Shown here piece by piece: positions 20,005 through 30,014 of a stretch of 64,000 bases of DNA. The stretch is from Candidatus Brocadiia bacterium. Lineage in GTDB: Bacteria > Planctomycetota > Brocadiia > CAIUPP01. Each line of letters opens with the position of its first letter. Position 1 is the stretch's first letter. The position numbers were made by a program, and so were the translations under genes. The stretch covers positions 160,001-224,000 of the forward strand of contig JBEKCB010000002.1 of assembly GCA_050015075.1 (NCBI GenBank), in the 5' to 3' direction. The notes under the pieces were generated by a model that was given only the letters and a program-made list of their open reading frames with translations, searched no databases and was not told where the DNA came from.

Positions 20005-20100
20005 ATGAATCTCGCATTCTGGTTGCCGGCAATGTTTGCGCTGGGCTTTGTGGGGCTGGGATTGTGTTTTCTGTTCCTGATCGCTTGCGAGAAAATCTAA
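20005..20100 (+). CDS. 31-aa hydrophobic peptide upstream of kdpF
   Basis: MNLAFWLPAMFALGFVGLGLCFLFLIACEKI; GAGGAG RBS; not in the ORF track. Confidence 0.65.
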   Translation: MNLAFWLPAMFALGFVGLGLCFLFLIACEKI

Positions 20101-20110
20101 GGAGAGGCTA

Positions 20111-20191
20111 ATGATCTACCTAACTGCAGTGGTCGCGGCGTTCCTCTTTATTTATTTAATCGTCGCCATGGTCCGGCCGGAATGGTTCTAA
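20111..20191 (+). CDS. kdpF: K+-transporting ATPase subunit F
   Basis: MIYLTAVVAAFLFIYLIVAMVRPEWF, with the YL..A...PExF signature; GGAGAGG RBS. Confidence 0.85.
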   Translation: MIYLTAVVAAFLFIYLIVAMVRPEWF

Positions 20192-20233
20192 ACCACGGCG
20201 ATCCGGCGTCCTGAAAAGGAAGGAGCATATCCC

Positions 20234-22057
20234 ATGACAATCTGGCTTCTGCCGCTTGTGCTGTTAGTCTTCACAACGCTCTGCGCGATCCCGCTGAGCC
20301 GCTACCTGGCGTGGATCATGGATGGAAAATACCGCGCCCCGAAACTGCTGAGCTGGTTTGAAAAGCGATTGGACACCGGCCCGCAGGATTGGAAGCGGTA
20401 CACGGCCGCGTTGCTCATATTCAACGCGGTGATGTTCGTCTTCGGGTACCTGGTCCTGGCGCTCCAGCCGTTTATGCCGTGGAACCCGCGTGGACTAGGC
20501 CTCTTGTCGCCGACGGCCATTTTCAATGCCGTCGCTTCCTTCATCACGAATACGAACCTCCAGCACTATGCGGGCGACCAGCATTTCTCCAACTTTAGCC
20601 AGGTGTTTTTCGTCATCTTCAATCAATTCACTTCAGCAGCGGTAGGGTTCTGCGCGCTGACGGCGATCATCCGCGCCTTCCGCGGCGAGAAGACCGTCGG
20701 CAATTACTTTATTGACATGTGGCGAGTGGTGGTCTACGCGTTCCTCCCGGCCGCCTTCATCATCGGCGTCATCTTCATCACCCAGGGCATGCCGATGACG
20801 CACCGAAGCGCGTACCAGGTCTCGACGCTTGAAGCCGGGGCGATGGGCACGGACGACAAGGGCCAGGCGAAACAGCAAACGGTGGTGGTCGGCCCGGTCG
20901 CGGCCGTCATCCCGATCAAGATGCTCGGCACGAACGGCGGCGGATTCTACGGCATGAACTCCGCCCATCCGTTCGAGAATCCCACGGGCCTAACCAACTT
21001 CGTGACGACGTTTGCCATGATGCTGTTCCCATTCGCGTTGGTATTGATGTACGGTCGAATGCTCGGCCGGTTGCGACACGCCGCGGTGATCTTCGCCGTG
21101 ATGATGCTCATGATGATCGGCACGATCGTGTGGGTGATCCACTTCGACACCCTGAAACCGAACCCCGGATTGACCGCGCATCCGGTTGCCCAAACCTACG
21201 AGATCCGCAGCGCCACGTCGCCGGGCGCAAAACGCATCGTGACCTCGCCGGCGGTTGCGGGGCTGCCGGTGGATCAGCACATGGGCAATCTCGAAGGCAA
21301 AGAAATGCGCTTCGGCACGTCGGCGGGCGCGACGTTCGCCGCCGTCACGGTGGACGTGACCTGCGGCGCCGTGAACGCCGAACACGACAGCCTGAATCCC
21401 GTCGCCGCGTTGTCGCCCATGACCGGAATGTGGCTGAACTGCATTTTCGGCGGCAAAGGTGTCGGCATGATCAACATGCTGATCTTCGTGATCATCGGCA
21501 TCTTCATCGCCGGGATGATGGTCGGGCGGACGCCCGAATACCTGGGCAGGAAGATCGGCGCTCGCGAGGTCAAGCTCGCGGTCATCGCCTTGCTGGTCCA
21601 TCCGTTCATGATCCTGTTCCCCACCGGCCTGTTCGCCGCGACGGACTGGGGGCTCAAGGCCACCAGCAATCCCGGCTCGCACGGCTTCTCGCAGATGGTG
21701 TACCAGTTCTCCTCCGCGTCCGCCAACAACGGGTCGGCCTTCGACGGACTGGGCGTCACCTACGGGTTCTACAACAATCCGAATCCGTCGCCGGAAGCCA
21801 TTCCATGGGACATCGCGACGGGCCTGGTGATGCTGTTCAGCCGTTATCTTCCGATCATCGCGCCGATCGCCATGGCCGCTTATCTCGGCGCGAAGAAGCC
21901 CGCTCCGTTCGGTCCGGGAACCTTGCGCGATGACACCGCCACGTTCGGTTTCCTGGTGCTCGCGACGGTGGTCATCGTCGGCGCCTTGCTTTTTCTGCCG
22001 GTGGCGGCACTCGGGCCGCTGGCGGAACACCTGGGACCGATTCCGTTTGGCGGTTGA
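20234..22057 (+). CDS. kdpA: K+-transporting ATPase subunit A
   Basis: filter motifs TNTNLQ, LGTNGGG, CGAV, ANNGSAF; NSAHPFENP, GRTPEYLG. Confidence 0.96.
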   Translation: MTIWLLPLVLLVFTTLCAIPLSRYLAWIMDGKYRAPKLLSWFEKRLDTGPQDWKRYTAALLIFNAVMFVFGYLVLALQPFMPWNPRGLGLLSPTAIFNAVASFITNTNLQHYAGDQHFSNFSQVFFVIFNQFTSAAVGFCALTAIIRAFRGEKTVGNYFIDMWRVVVYAFLPAAFIIGVIFITQGMPMTHRSAYQVSTLEAGAMGTDDKGQAKQQTVVVGPVAAVIPIKMLGTNGGGFYGMNSAHPFENPTGLTNFVTTFAMMLFPFALVLMYGRMLGRLRHAAVIFAVMMLMMIGTIVWVIHFDTLKPNPGLTAHPVAQTYEIRSATSPGAKRIVTSPAVAGLPVDQHMGNLEGKEMRFGTSAGATFAAVTVDVTCGAVNAEHDSLNPVAALSPMTGMWLNCIFGGKGVGMINMLIFVIIGIFIAGMMVGRTPEYLGRKIGAREVKLAVIALLVHPFMILFPTGLFAATDWGLKATSNPGSHGFSQMVYQFSSASANNGSAFDGLGVTYGFYNNPNPSPEAIPWDIATGLVMLFSRYLPIIAPIAMAAYLGAKKPAPFGPGTLRDDTATFGFLVLATVVIVGALLFLPVAALGPLAEHLGPIPFGG

Positions 22058-22103
22058 CGCCTTTTCAAATGAACTCGTCCATGACTGATAAGGAGTGCTC
22101 CTC

Positions 22104-24278
22104 ATGACGCCCGATAGTGTGCTCGATGCCAGGTCAACCGCCTCGTCCGAACTCAACCCGTCGCCGCAGGCGCGCCGGCCGCGCCGGGTTAAGCGGCAGC
22201 CTTTGCTGACGCGGGACACATGCCTGCCCGCATTGAAGCAAGCCGCGATCATGCTGCGGCCCGATATCCAATGGAACAATCCGGTCATGTTCGTCGTCGA
22301 GGTCGGCGCCTGCCTGACCTTGCTCTACATCGGCAAGGCGATCTTCGGCACGGCCGCCAGCCAGGTGCCCTTGAGCTACTTCATCGCGCTGGATATCTGG
22401 CTGTTCCTGACCGTTCTCTTTGCGAATTTCGCCACGGCCCTGGCCGAGGCGCGCGGCAAGGCGCACGCCGAATCGCTGCGCCGGACGCGTGTGGAAACGG
22501 TGGCCTATCGCCTGCGCGACAAGGGCCAGGTTGAGCAGGTCTCCTCCGCCGCGCTGCGGCCGGGAGATAAGGTGGTCGTGAGCGCAGGCCAAATCATTCC
22601 GGGCGACGGCGAGGTGATCGAGGGAATCGCTTCCGTGGACGAGGCGGCGATCACCGGCGAATCGGCGCCCGTGATCCGCGAGTCGGGCGGCGACCGCTCC
22701 GGCGTGACCGGCGGGACCACCGTCCAGTCCGATCGAATCGTGGTCCGGATCACGGCGCAGCCTGGCGAATCGTTCCTCGATCGCATGATCGCGCTCGTCG
22801 AGGGCGCCAAGCGCCAGCGGACTCCCAACGAAATCGCCCTGACGCTTCTCCTCTCCGCGTTCACGCTGGTCTTCCTGATCGTCGTGATACCGCTCTACCC
22901 GATGGCCTGGAACGCCGAGCAATACATGATGGGCTACCTGGGCGTTCAAGAGCCCCTGCACAGTCTCGGCACGGACGTGCCAACGTTGATCGCGCTCCTG
23001 GTTTGCCTGATCCCGACCACCATCGGCGCGCTGCTGGCCGCCATCGGGATCGCGGGAATGGATCGCGCCCTGGAGGCCAACATTATCGCGAAGAGCGGCA
23101 AGGCCGTTGAGACCGCCGGCGATATTGACGTCGTCCTGCTGGACAAGACCGGCACGATCACCCTGGGCAACCGGCGCGCGGTGGAATTCATCCCGGCCGA
23201 TGGCGTGGCGACCGAACTGCTGGCTTCGAGCGCCCAGATGGCCTCTCTCTCCGACGAGACGCCCGAGGGCCGCAGCATCGTCGTTCTCGCCAAGGAAAAA
23301 TATAAACTCCGCGCGTGGGCGGCGGGCGAACTGCGCGGGACATTCATCCCGTTCAGCGCGCAAACCCGAATGAGCGGCATTGACCTGGAAGACGGCCAGC
23401 ACATCCGCAAAGGGGCTTCGGAAGCCGTTGAAGCCTACGTGAAGCAACACGGCGGGACGATGCCGGCGGACGTCCGGCAGTCGGTCGAAAAGATCTCCCG
23501 GTTGGGCGGAACGCCGCTCGTGGTGGCCAGCCAGGGCGCCGTGCTGGGCGTGGTTCATCTGAAGGACATCATCAAGGGCGGGATCAAGGAACGGTTCGAG
23601 CACCTTCGGAAAATGGGCGTCAACAGTGTGATGATCACCGGCGACAACCCCTTGACGGCGGCGGCCATTGCGGCCGAAGCGGGAGTCAATGATTTCCTGG
23701 CGGAGGCCACGCCGGAGCAGAAGCTGGCGTTCATCCGCAAGGAGCAGGCCGAGGGAAAACTGGTCGCCATGATGGGCGACGGCACCAACGACGCGCCCGC
23801 TCTCGCGCAAGGCGACGTTGCCCTGGCCATGAACGCCGGCACGCAGGCGGCCAAAGAAGCGGCCAACATGGTTGACCTGGACAGCGACCCCACGAAGCTG
23901 ATCGAAGTGGTGGAGATCGGCAAGCAACTGCTGATGACGCGCGGCGCGCTGACGACGTTCTCGATCGCCAACGACGTGGCGAAATACTTCGCCATCATCC
24001 CGGCGCTGTTCGCCGGGACGCTGCCATGGCTGAAAGCTATAGACATCATGCACCTGCATTCGCCGACCTCCGCGATTTTGTCGGCGATCATATTCAACGC
24101 GCTCATTATCCCCGCCTTGATCCCGGTGGCGCTCAAAGGCGTTTCGTACCGGCCGCTCGGCGCCGACGCGCTTCTGCGAAGGAACCTTTTCATCTGGGGG
24201 CTCGGAGGCGTGATCCTTCCGTTCATCGGCATCAAGCTCATTGACGTGTTCATGGTCGCGCTGCACCTGGTCAACTGA
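22104..24278 (+). CDS. kdpB: K+-transporting ATPase subunit B
   Basis: [27 protein letters not shown]. Confidence 0.97.
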   Translation: MTPDSVLDARSTASSELNPSPQARRPRRVKRQPLLTRDTCLPALKQAAIMLRPDIQWNNPVMFVVEVGACLTLLYIGKAIFGTAASQVPLSYFIALDIWLFLTVLFANFATALAEARGKAHAESLRRTRVETVAYRLRDKGQVEQVSSAALRPGDKVVVSAGQIIPGDGEVIEGIASVDEAAITGESAPVIRESGGDRSGVTGGTTVQSDRIVVRITAQPGESFLDRMIALVEGAKRQRTPNEIALTLLLSAFTLVFLIVVIPLYPMAWNAEQYMMGYLGVQEPLHSLGTDVPTLIALLVCLIPTTIGALLAAIGIAGMDRALEANIIAKSGKAVETAGDIDVVLLDKTGTITLGNRRAVEFIPADGVATELLASSAQMASLSDETPEGRSIVVLAKEKYKLRAWAAGELRGTFIPFSAQTRMSGIDLEDGQHIRKGASEAVEAYVKQHGGTMPADVRQSVEKISRLGGTPLVVASQGAVLGVVHLKDIIKGGIKERFEHLRKMGVNSVMITGDNPLTAAAIAAEAGVNDFLAEATPEQKLAFIRKEQAEGKLVAMMGDGTNDAPALAQGDVALAMNAGTQAAKEAANMVDLDSDPTKLIEVVEIGKQLLMTRGALTTFSIANDVAKYFAIIPALFAGTLPWLKAIDIMHLHSPTSAILSAIIFNALIIPALIPVALKGVSYRPLGADALLRRNLFIWGLGGVILPFIGIKLIDVFMVALHLVN

Positions 24279-24304
24279 ACATTTCGAAGAAAGGAGTCAT
24301 CAAT

Positions 24305-25342
24305 ATGCGGCAAATCATTTCAAAGAGCCTCGAGTTGCTGCTGCTCTTCGTGATCATCTGTTGCGTCATCTACCCGGCGGCGCTCTGGGCGGTCGGCCAG
24401 ACGCTGTTTTCAGACAAGGCGAACGGCAGCATGGTCAAAGGTCCCGATGGCGCGCCGGTCGGATCGCTGCTCATCGCGCAGCCGTTCACGAAAGACGAGT
24501 ACTTCCAGCCGCGCCCGTCGGCTTGCTCCTACGATGGATCGGCGTCCTCCTCGTCGGCGCTGGCGGCCAGCAATTACGCGCTTCGCGGGCGGGTCGCCGC
24601 GACGCTCGGCCCGATCGCCGCGTACCAGGGCGGTCCCAACGACGGCAAACCGGTGGCGCCGGACATCGAGGCATGGTTCCAGAAGGACCAGTTCCAGGGC
24701 GGCCCCAACATCGTCGCGCAATGGGCCGACGTTCATAACGGTATGGCGCAGGCCTGGGTGGGAACGACGTTCGATGCCAAGAACCCGACGCCGCAACAGC
24801 AGTATGTGCTGGACTGGGAGAAGGCCCACGCCGCCGTCGTGGCCAAGTTCAAGCAGGACAACCCCACGATCGCCGAGCCGGCGCCATCCGACTTGGCGGT
24901 CGTGTTTTTTGAAGCGTTCTCCAAGGAGAATCCCGGTCGGTTTCTCTCGGCGGTCACGACCAACGGACCCGATGGCAAGCCCGTCACGAAGATTCAGGTG
25001 GTCAAGGACGGCTCGGATGTTCAATCGAACTTCTTCGATATGTGGCGGCAGGAGCATCCGGATATTGCGCTTCAGGATATCCCCGGCGACCTCGTGACGA
25101 CTTCCGCCTCCGGGCTTGACCCGCACATCACCCTGCAAAACGCCGAGTACCAGTTGGACCGGGTCGCGTCCAAGTGGGCGGCTGATCTCAAGCGCGACCC
25201 GGCGGACGTGCGCCGGGAAATTGACAGCCTCCTGAAGACGCAGGCGTCGGCGCCGCTCGGCGGGCTTGCGGGCGAGCCGTTCATCAACGTGCTCGACGTC
25301 AATCTCCAGCTTCGCAACCGATACGGAGCCTTGCCGCAATAA
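24305..25342 (+). CDS. kdpC: K+-transporting ATPase subunit C, long form
   Basis: ANGS, GSLLIAQPF..YFQPRPS, DLVTTSASGLDPHI, INVLDVN. Confidence 0.92.
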   Translation: MRQIISKSLELLLLFVIICCVIYPAALWAVGQTLFSDKANGSMVKGPDGAPVGSLLIAQPFTKDEYFQPRPSACSYDGSASSSSALAASNYALRGRVAATLGPIAAYQGGPNDGKPVAPDIEAWFQKDQFQGGPNIVAQWADVHNGMAQAWVGTTFDAKNPTPQQQYVLDWEKAHAAVVAKFKQDNPTIAEPAPSDLAVVFFEAFSKENPGRFLSAVTTNGPDGKPVTKIQVVKDGSDVQSNFFDMWRQEHPDIALQDIPGDLVTTSASGLDPHITLQNAEYQLDRVASKWAADLKRDPADVRREIDSLLKTQASAPLGGLAGEPFINVLDVNLQLRNRYGALPQ

Positions 25343-25435
25343 CAAGCCGGGAGCGGTCTTCTTGCGGTTGTCCGGGCTTCGTGGTAAATTTCTCCAACCG
25401 CCGGCCTGCAAGAATAACACTCCAAGGCGAATGAA

Positions 25436-27340
25436 ATGGTTGCTCTGCTGAGACGCTGGGGACTGTTGCCCGCCGAACCTGCGCACCTGCGCGCCGTCGG
25501 TCGAATGGTCCTGCTGGCCGGCCTGGTCGGCGTGGTGGCGGGTCTCGGCGCGGTGGCGTTTCAGTTCTTATCGCACCTGGTACTCAAGTACGGCCTGGAG
25601 TTCGTCGCCGGTTACAAGCCCGCCGGCCCTTCGGGCGAATGGAGCATCTTCTCGGATATCCGGCCGGTCTTCGGCGGCTTTGCGCCCTGGATGCTGCTGG
25701 TCGTCATCACGGCCGGCGGATTGATTTCAGGCATCATCGTTTATTCCCTCGCGCCCGAAGCCGAAGGGCACGGAACGGACGCCGCCATCAAGGCCTATCA
25801 CAAGGGCCGGGCCATCATCCGGCCGGTGGTGCCGCTGGTGAAGATCGTCTGCTCGGCGCTGACTCTCGGCTCGGGCGGTTCCGGCGGCCGGGAAGGCCCC
25901 ATCGCGCAGATCGGCGCGGGGTTCGGCTCGTACATCGCCCGTGTGCTGAAACTCTCCGAGCATGACCGGCGGATGCTGCTGTGCGCCGGCCTGGGAGCGG
26001 GCATCGCGGCTATCTTCAAGGCGCCGCTGGCCGGGGCGATCTTCGCCATCGAGGTGCTCTACCGCGACGAGGACTTCGAGGCCGAGGCGCTGATTCCCGC
26101 CTTCATCTCCTGCACCGTCGCCTATTGCGTGTTCGGGCTGATCGCACTGTATGGGTTCAGCACCGGCTCGGGTTTTGCCCCGCTGCTGGGCGTCCAGCCG
26201 GGCTTGAAATTCGATAAGCCGGCGCTGCTCCTGCCGCTGACGATCCTGGCGGCGTTCATGGTCATCGCCTCGCTGATTTACGTGCGGTGCTTTTACGCCG
26301 TCGTGGGCCTCTTCAAGCGCTTCAAGATCCCGCCGCATGTGAAACCCGCGATCGGCGCTCTCGCCACGGGCCTCTTCGCGCTGGGGGTCTTTCGCGCCCT
26401 GGAGTATTTCGGGCCGGAGGCGCAGATGGATTCGCTCAATATCCTCTCCTTCGGCTACGGCATCCTGCAGAAACTGCTCGATGGCCCATTCCATCACCAC
26501 CTCGTCGGCGCAGTGGTCGTACTCGCGGCCATCGGAATCGGAAAGATCCTGACCACCTCCCTGACCATCGGCTCGGGCGGATCCGGCGGCGTGTTCGGAC
26601 CGAGCATGGTCATCGGCGGGACCCTCGGCGGCGCCGTCGGCCTGCTCCTTCAGCACTGGATGCCGACGGTCGTCACGCGCGTGGACGTCTTCGTCATCCT
26701 CGGCATGGCCAGCTTCTTCTCCGCCGCCGCCAAGGTCCCCGTCAGCACCATCATCATGGTCTCGGAACTGACCGCCGGCTACGAGCTGCTGATCCCGGCG
26801 ATGTGGGTCTCCGCCTTCGCCTACCTCCTCAGCCGCGGCTGGTCCATCTACCGCGAGCAGGTCCCCTCGCGCTTTTACTCCGACGCGCACCGCGGTGATT
26901 TCGTCATCGGCATCCTCAAAGGAATGGCCGTCGGCAAAATCTGGAAACCTCCCGCGAAACCGGTCGTCTGTTTCCCGTTCGACGCGCCGCTCACGCGCGT
27001 CACCGACGCGATCCCCGTCACGACGCAGACGGTATTCCCCGTCCTGGACAAGGAAGGCAAGTACTACGGCCTGATCCACCTGAACCAGATCCGGCGCGTC
27101 ATTTACGAGAAGGAAGTCAGGCAACTGGTCATCGTCGAGGACATCGCGGTGGAGAACATCGAGCCGCTTCGCCTGGACACGGACTTATCCAGCGTGGTGA
27201 CCATGTTCGCGCAACTGGACTACGCCGAATTGCCCGTGGTGGACGCGGACTCGGGGAAGGTCCTCGGCCTGTTGCGCCGCCAGGAGCTTCTCGCCGCCTA
27301 CAATGCGCGGTTGTCGGAAATGCAGGCGCAGAAGCCGTGA
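25436..27340 (+). CDS. ClC chloride channel/H+-Cl- antiporter with CBS pair
   Basis: PEAEGHG, GSGGREGP, GGVFGP, C-terminal CBS domains. Confidence 0.9.
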   Translation: MVALLRRWGLLPAEPAHLRAVGRMVLLAGLVGVVAGLGAVAFQFLSHLVLKYGLEFVAGYKPAGPSGEWSIFSDIRPVFGGFAPWMLLVVITAGGLISGIIVYSLAPEAEGHGTDAAIKAYHKGRAIIRPVVPLVKIVCSALTLGSGGSGGREGPIAQIGAGFGSYIARVLKLSEHDRRMLLCAGLGAGIAAIFKAPLAGAIFAIEVLYRDEDFEAEALIPAFISCTVAYCVFGLIALYGFSTGSGFAPLLGVQPGLKFDKPALLLPLTILAAFMVIASLIYVRCFYAVVGLFKRFKIPPHVKPAIGALATGLFALGVFRALEYFGPEAQMDSLNILSFGYGILQKLLDGPFHHHLVGAVVVLAAIGIGKILTTSLTIGSGGSGGVFGPSMVIGGTLGGAVGLLLQHWMPTVVTRVDVFVILGMASFFSAAAKVPVSTIIMVSELTAGYELLIPAMWVSAFAYLLSRGWSIYREQVPSRFYSDAHRGDFVIGILKGMAVGKIWKPPAKPVVCFPFDAPLTRVTDAIPVTTQTVFPVLDKEGKYYGLIHLNQIRRVIYEKEVRQLVIVEDIAVENIEPLRLDTDLSSVVTMFAQLDYAELPVVDADSGKVLGLLRRQELLAAYNARLSEMQAQKP

Positions 27341-27368
27341 GCGGCCCCTTTCATAAGGATCGGATGCC

Positions 27369-28460
27369 ATGAGCGCACCAACCGGAAAGTCCTATGTGTA
27401 CGCGGGCACCTATACCGCCAAGACCGCAAAGGGCATCTGCTTCTCCCGGTTCGATGAGGCCGCCGGAATTTTGGAGCCCTTTGTTCTCGCTGCGGAAATG
27501 CCCAACCCTACGTTCCTGACTATACACCCGAACGGGCAATTCCTATACGCAGTCAGCGAGGTCCGCGACTCCACCGGCAGGCACGGCGGGTCCGTCAATG
27601 CCTTCGCCATCTCTCCCGGGACGGGACAGTTGCGGTTCCTCAACCGGCAGTCGTCGGAGGGCGCCGGGCCCTGCCACCTGAGCGTGGATCGGACCGGGCG
27701 GGTTGTGCTCGTGGCGAATTACGCGTCCGGGAGCGCGGCGGTCCTGCCCGTGGGCGGCGACGGCTGTCTCGGCGCCGCGTCCGATAAGGTTCAGCATCAC
27801 GGTTCGAGCGTCCATCCTCAGCGGCAAGAGGGTCCTCATGCCCACTCGATTACTCCCTCGCCGGACAACCGGTTCGCCCTGGTAGCGGACCTGGGATTGG
27901 ATCGGATCATGGTCTACCGGCTCGATGCGTCGGCGGGGCGCTTGACGCCGAACGATCCGCCGTGGGCGGCCGTCAAGCCGGGCGCCGGGCCGCGCCATCT
28001 CGCGTTTCATCCGGTCCTGCCGCTCGTCTACCTCGTCACCGAACTCGGCAACACGGTGACGGCGTTCGCCTGGGACGCTCTGCGGGGCGCGCTGCGGGAA
28101 GCGCAGACGATCTCGACGCTGCCGCCGGATTTCCATGACACGAGCTACGGCGCGGACGTGCACATTGCCCCTTCAGGCCGGTTCCTCTATGCCTCGAACC
28201 GCGGCCACGACAGCATCGCCATCTTCTCCGTTGACCAGTCCACCGGCCTGCTTTCTGCGGTTGGCCATCAGCCGACGCTGGGCAAATGGCCGCGCAATTT
28301 CGTTATTGACTCGACCGGCGCATGGCTGCTGGCGGCCAACCAGGAGGGCGACTCGGTGGTGGTCTTCCGCATCGAGGCCGAGACCGGGAAACTGGCCTCC
28401 GTCGGTCATGCGGCCGACGTGTCCATGCCCGTCTGCCTGAAACTCCTTCCATGCGGGTGA
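27369..28460 (+). CDS. pgl: 6-phosphogluconolactonase/lactonase family beta-propeller
   Basis: YAGTYT, GPCHL, ANY, RQEGPHAH, GPRH, SNRGHDS, WPRNF. Confidence 0.85.
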   Translation: MSAPTGKSYVYAGTYTAKTAKGICFSRFDEAAGILEPFVLAAEMPNPTFLTIHPNGQFLYAVSEVRDSTGRHGGSVNAFAISPGTGQLRFLNRQSSEGAGPCHLSVDRTGRVVLVANYASGSAAVLPVGGDGCLGAASDKVQHHGSSVHPQRQEGPHAHSITPSPDNRFALVADLGLDRIMVYRLDASAGRLTPNDPPWAAVKPGAGPRHLAFHPVLPLVYLVTELGNTVTAFAWDALRGALREAQTISTLPPDFHDTSYGADVHIAPSGRFLYASNRGHDSIAIFSVDQSTGLLSAVGHQPTLGKWPRNFVIDSTGAWLLAANQEGDSVVVFRIEAETGKLASVGHAADVSMPVCLKLLPCG

Positions 28461-28493
28461 GGCGCAGGGCCGCAATGCCGTCGCCGGCCTGCG

Positions 28494-29984
28494 CTACAGC
28501 TTGCCCTCTTCGCGAAGCCGGGCTTCGGCCTCTTTGACAATCTCGTCCACGTCCTTGATCTGGTCGGGCGCGAGCGGCGAGGCGATGTCGTTGGATATGA
28601 GTTGCCGCGCCCTCTCGCGCGCCATGTTCTCCCATTGACGCGTTTCGTCGCCGCGCGGGTCCACGCCCCACGGCGCTACGGCGAAGAACGGCGACAGGTC
28701 CAGAAAGTTGCGGAACTGCTTGGCGGTGTCCATCTCGGAAAGGTAGTTCCCGCCGATGCCGACCTCGCGGATGAGGTCCACGTCAATCGCCTCGTCGGTC
28801 ACTTCGAATCCCTGGACGGCGCGGCGGACGTAGCGCGTCACTTCGTTGTCGAGGACGAGTTGGATGGGCGAGTACGTGATGGCGTTCTCGAGGTGGCCGA
28901 CGACGCCGTAGCCGACCGCGCCGCACAGCACCGCCATGAGCATCGTCACGCCCTTCTCGACTCCGGCGCGGGCGCCCGGCAGACAGGCATCAGTCTTGCC
29001 GCCGTGCACCCCGCTCGGGCAGCCGTAATACTCGCTGATGATCTGTATGCGCGCGCCGTTCATCGAGACGCGCTCCGGCCCGGCGTAGCGGAAAATCCCC
29101 GTCCGCATGTCCGCGAAGGACGGGCAGATGTCGAGCGTCACCACCGCCTCCTCGTCCGCCGCATAGCAGAGCACCAGCCCGGCGAGCGTCTCCGCCAGGC
29201 CCACGGCGAGCGTCGCGGCCGGATGGATCGGCGCCGTGGCCCCCGCGTTCGGCATCGTGTCGAGCGACTGCGGCATGCCGTGCTTCACGTACGCGAGCAT
29301 GATGTCGCACATGTTGCGGTCGAGCGTCAGCGGCGTCTTCGCCTCAGCGTAGCCGACGAGGATCGGGCGCTTGCGCAGCTCCTCGCGGCCTCCGCGGACG
29401 ACCTCGCCGATGCGCATCGTGTACTCGACGTCGAACGGCGTCAGCGTCTCGATGCCGCCGAACTTGTCGGTGATCTTGACGAGTTCCGCCGCCATGCGCA
29501 CCGGCCGGATCGGCAGCGGCACGTCCTGCGCGGCGACGGGCAGGCCGGTGTAGGCGATCTGGTCGAGCTGAGCGGCGAGCTTGAGCGAGTCGCGCGTGTC
29601 CTGCAGCGTGGCGCGCCGGCGCACGCCGTCGAAATCGTAGATGAACACGCAGTAGCCGCCCGCGCTGGCGGTGAAGTCCGGGTGGATCCCGAACGGCTCC
29701 TTGCGGAACCGGACGTGCGAGTAGCGCACCGCCATGCGCTCGGGGAACTCGCGCGTCTCGAAGTCGCGCCGCATCTTCTTCACGCGCTTCTCGACGAGGT
29801 CCTCCGGGAACCGGACCTGCTTCTTCTGGCGGTCCACCTTGCAGCCGGCCGCCTGCAGGTAATCCAGCGCCTCGTCGTGGTCAATCCTCATCCCGACTTC
29901 GGCGAGGATCCGCAGCGCCTTGCGGTGGATGATCTCCATCTCCTCGAAGGCGAGGAATCGGACCGGCTCTCGTAAAGTCTTCAA
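28494..29984 (-). CDS. trimethylamine methyltransferase (MttB) family, non-pyrrolysine
   Basis: IHRKALRILAEVG, GATAP, YYGCP..GGKTDA..AGVEK, VGIGGNYL; TTG start after AGGAG. Confidence 0.85.
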   Translation of the reverse strand: MKTLREPVRFLAFEEMEIIHRKALRILAEVGMRIDHDEALDYLQAAGCKVDRQKKQVRFPEDLVEKRVKKMRRDFETREFPERMAVRYSHVRFRKEPFGIHPDFTASAGGYCVFIYDFDGVRRRATLQDTRDSLKLAAQLDQIAYTGLPVAAQDVPLPIRPVRMAAELVKITDKFGGIETLTPFDVEYTMRIGEVVRGGREELRKRPILVGYAEAKTPLTLDRNMCDIMLAYVKHGMPQSLDTMPNAGATAPIHPAATLAVGLAETLAGLVLCYAADEEAVVTLDICPSFADMRTGIFRYAGPERVSMNGARIQIISEYYGCPSGVHGGKTDACLPGARAGVEKGVTMLMAVLCGAVGYGVVGHLENAITYSPIQLVLDNEVTRYVRRAVQGFEVTDEAIDVDLIREVGIGGNYLSEMDTAKQFRNFLDLSPFFAVAPWGVDPRGDETRQWENMARERARQLISNDIASPLAPDQIKDVDEIVKEAEARLREEGKL

Positions 29985-30014
29985 CCGCGGTCTCCTGCAG
30001 GCGAAGATCTCGCG

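Noticed and set aside
19929-20111. 60-aa ORF from the track
   Set aside because: Overlaps the porin end; the 20005 and 20111 ORFs have better RBSs and signatures
22134-24266. 710-aa minus-strand ORF, and similar long ORFs opposite the ABC genes, amtB, glnA and the beta-helix gene
   Set aside because: Antisense shadows of well-supported genes
28494-29984. Pyrrolysine read-through in mttB
   Set aside because: No in-frame TAG, and no pylTSBCD in the window
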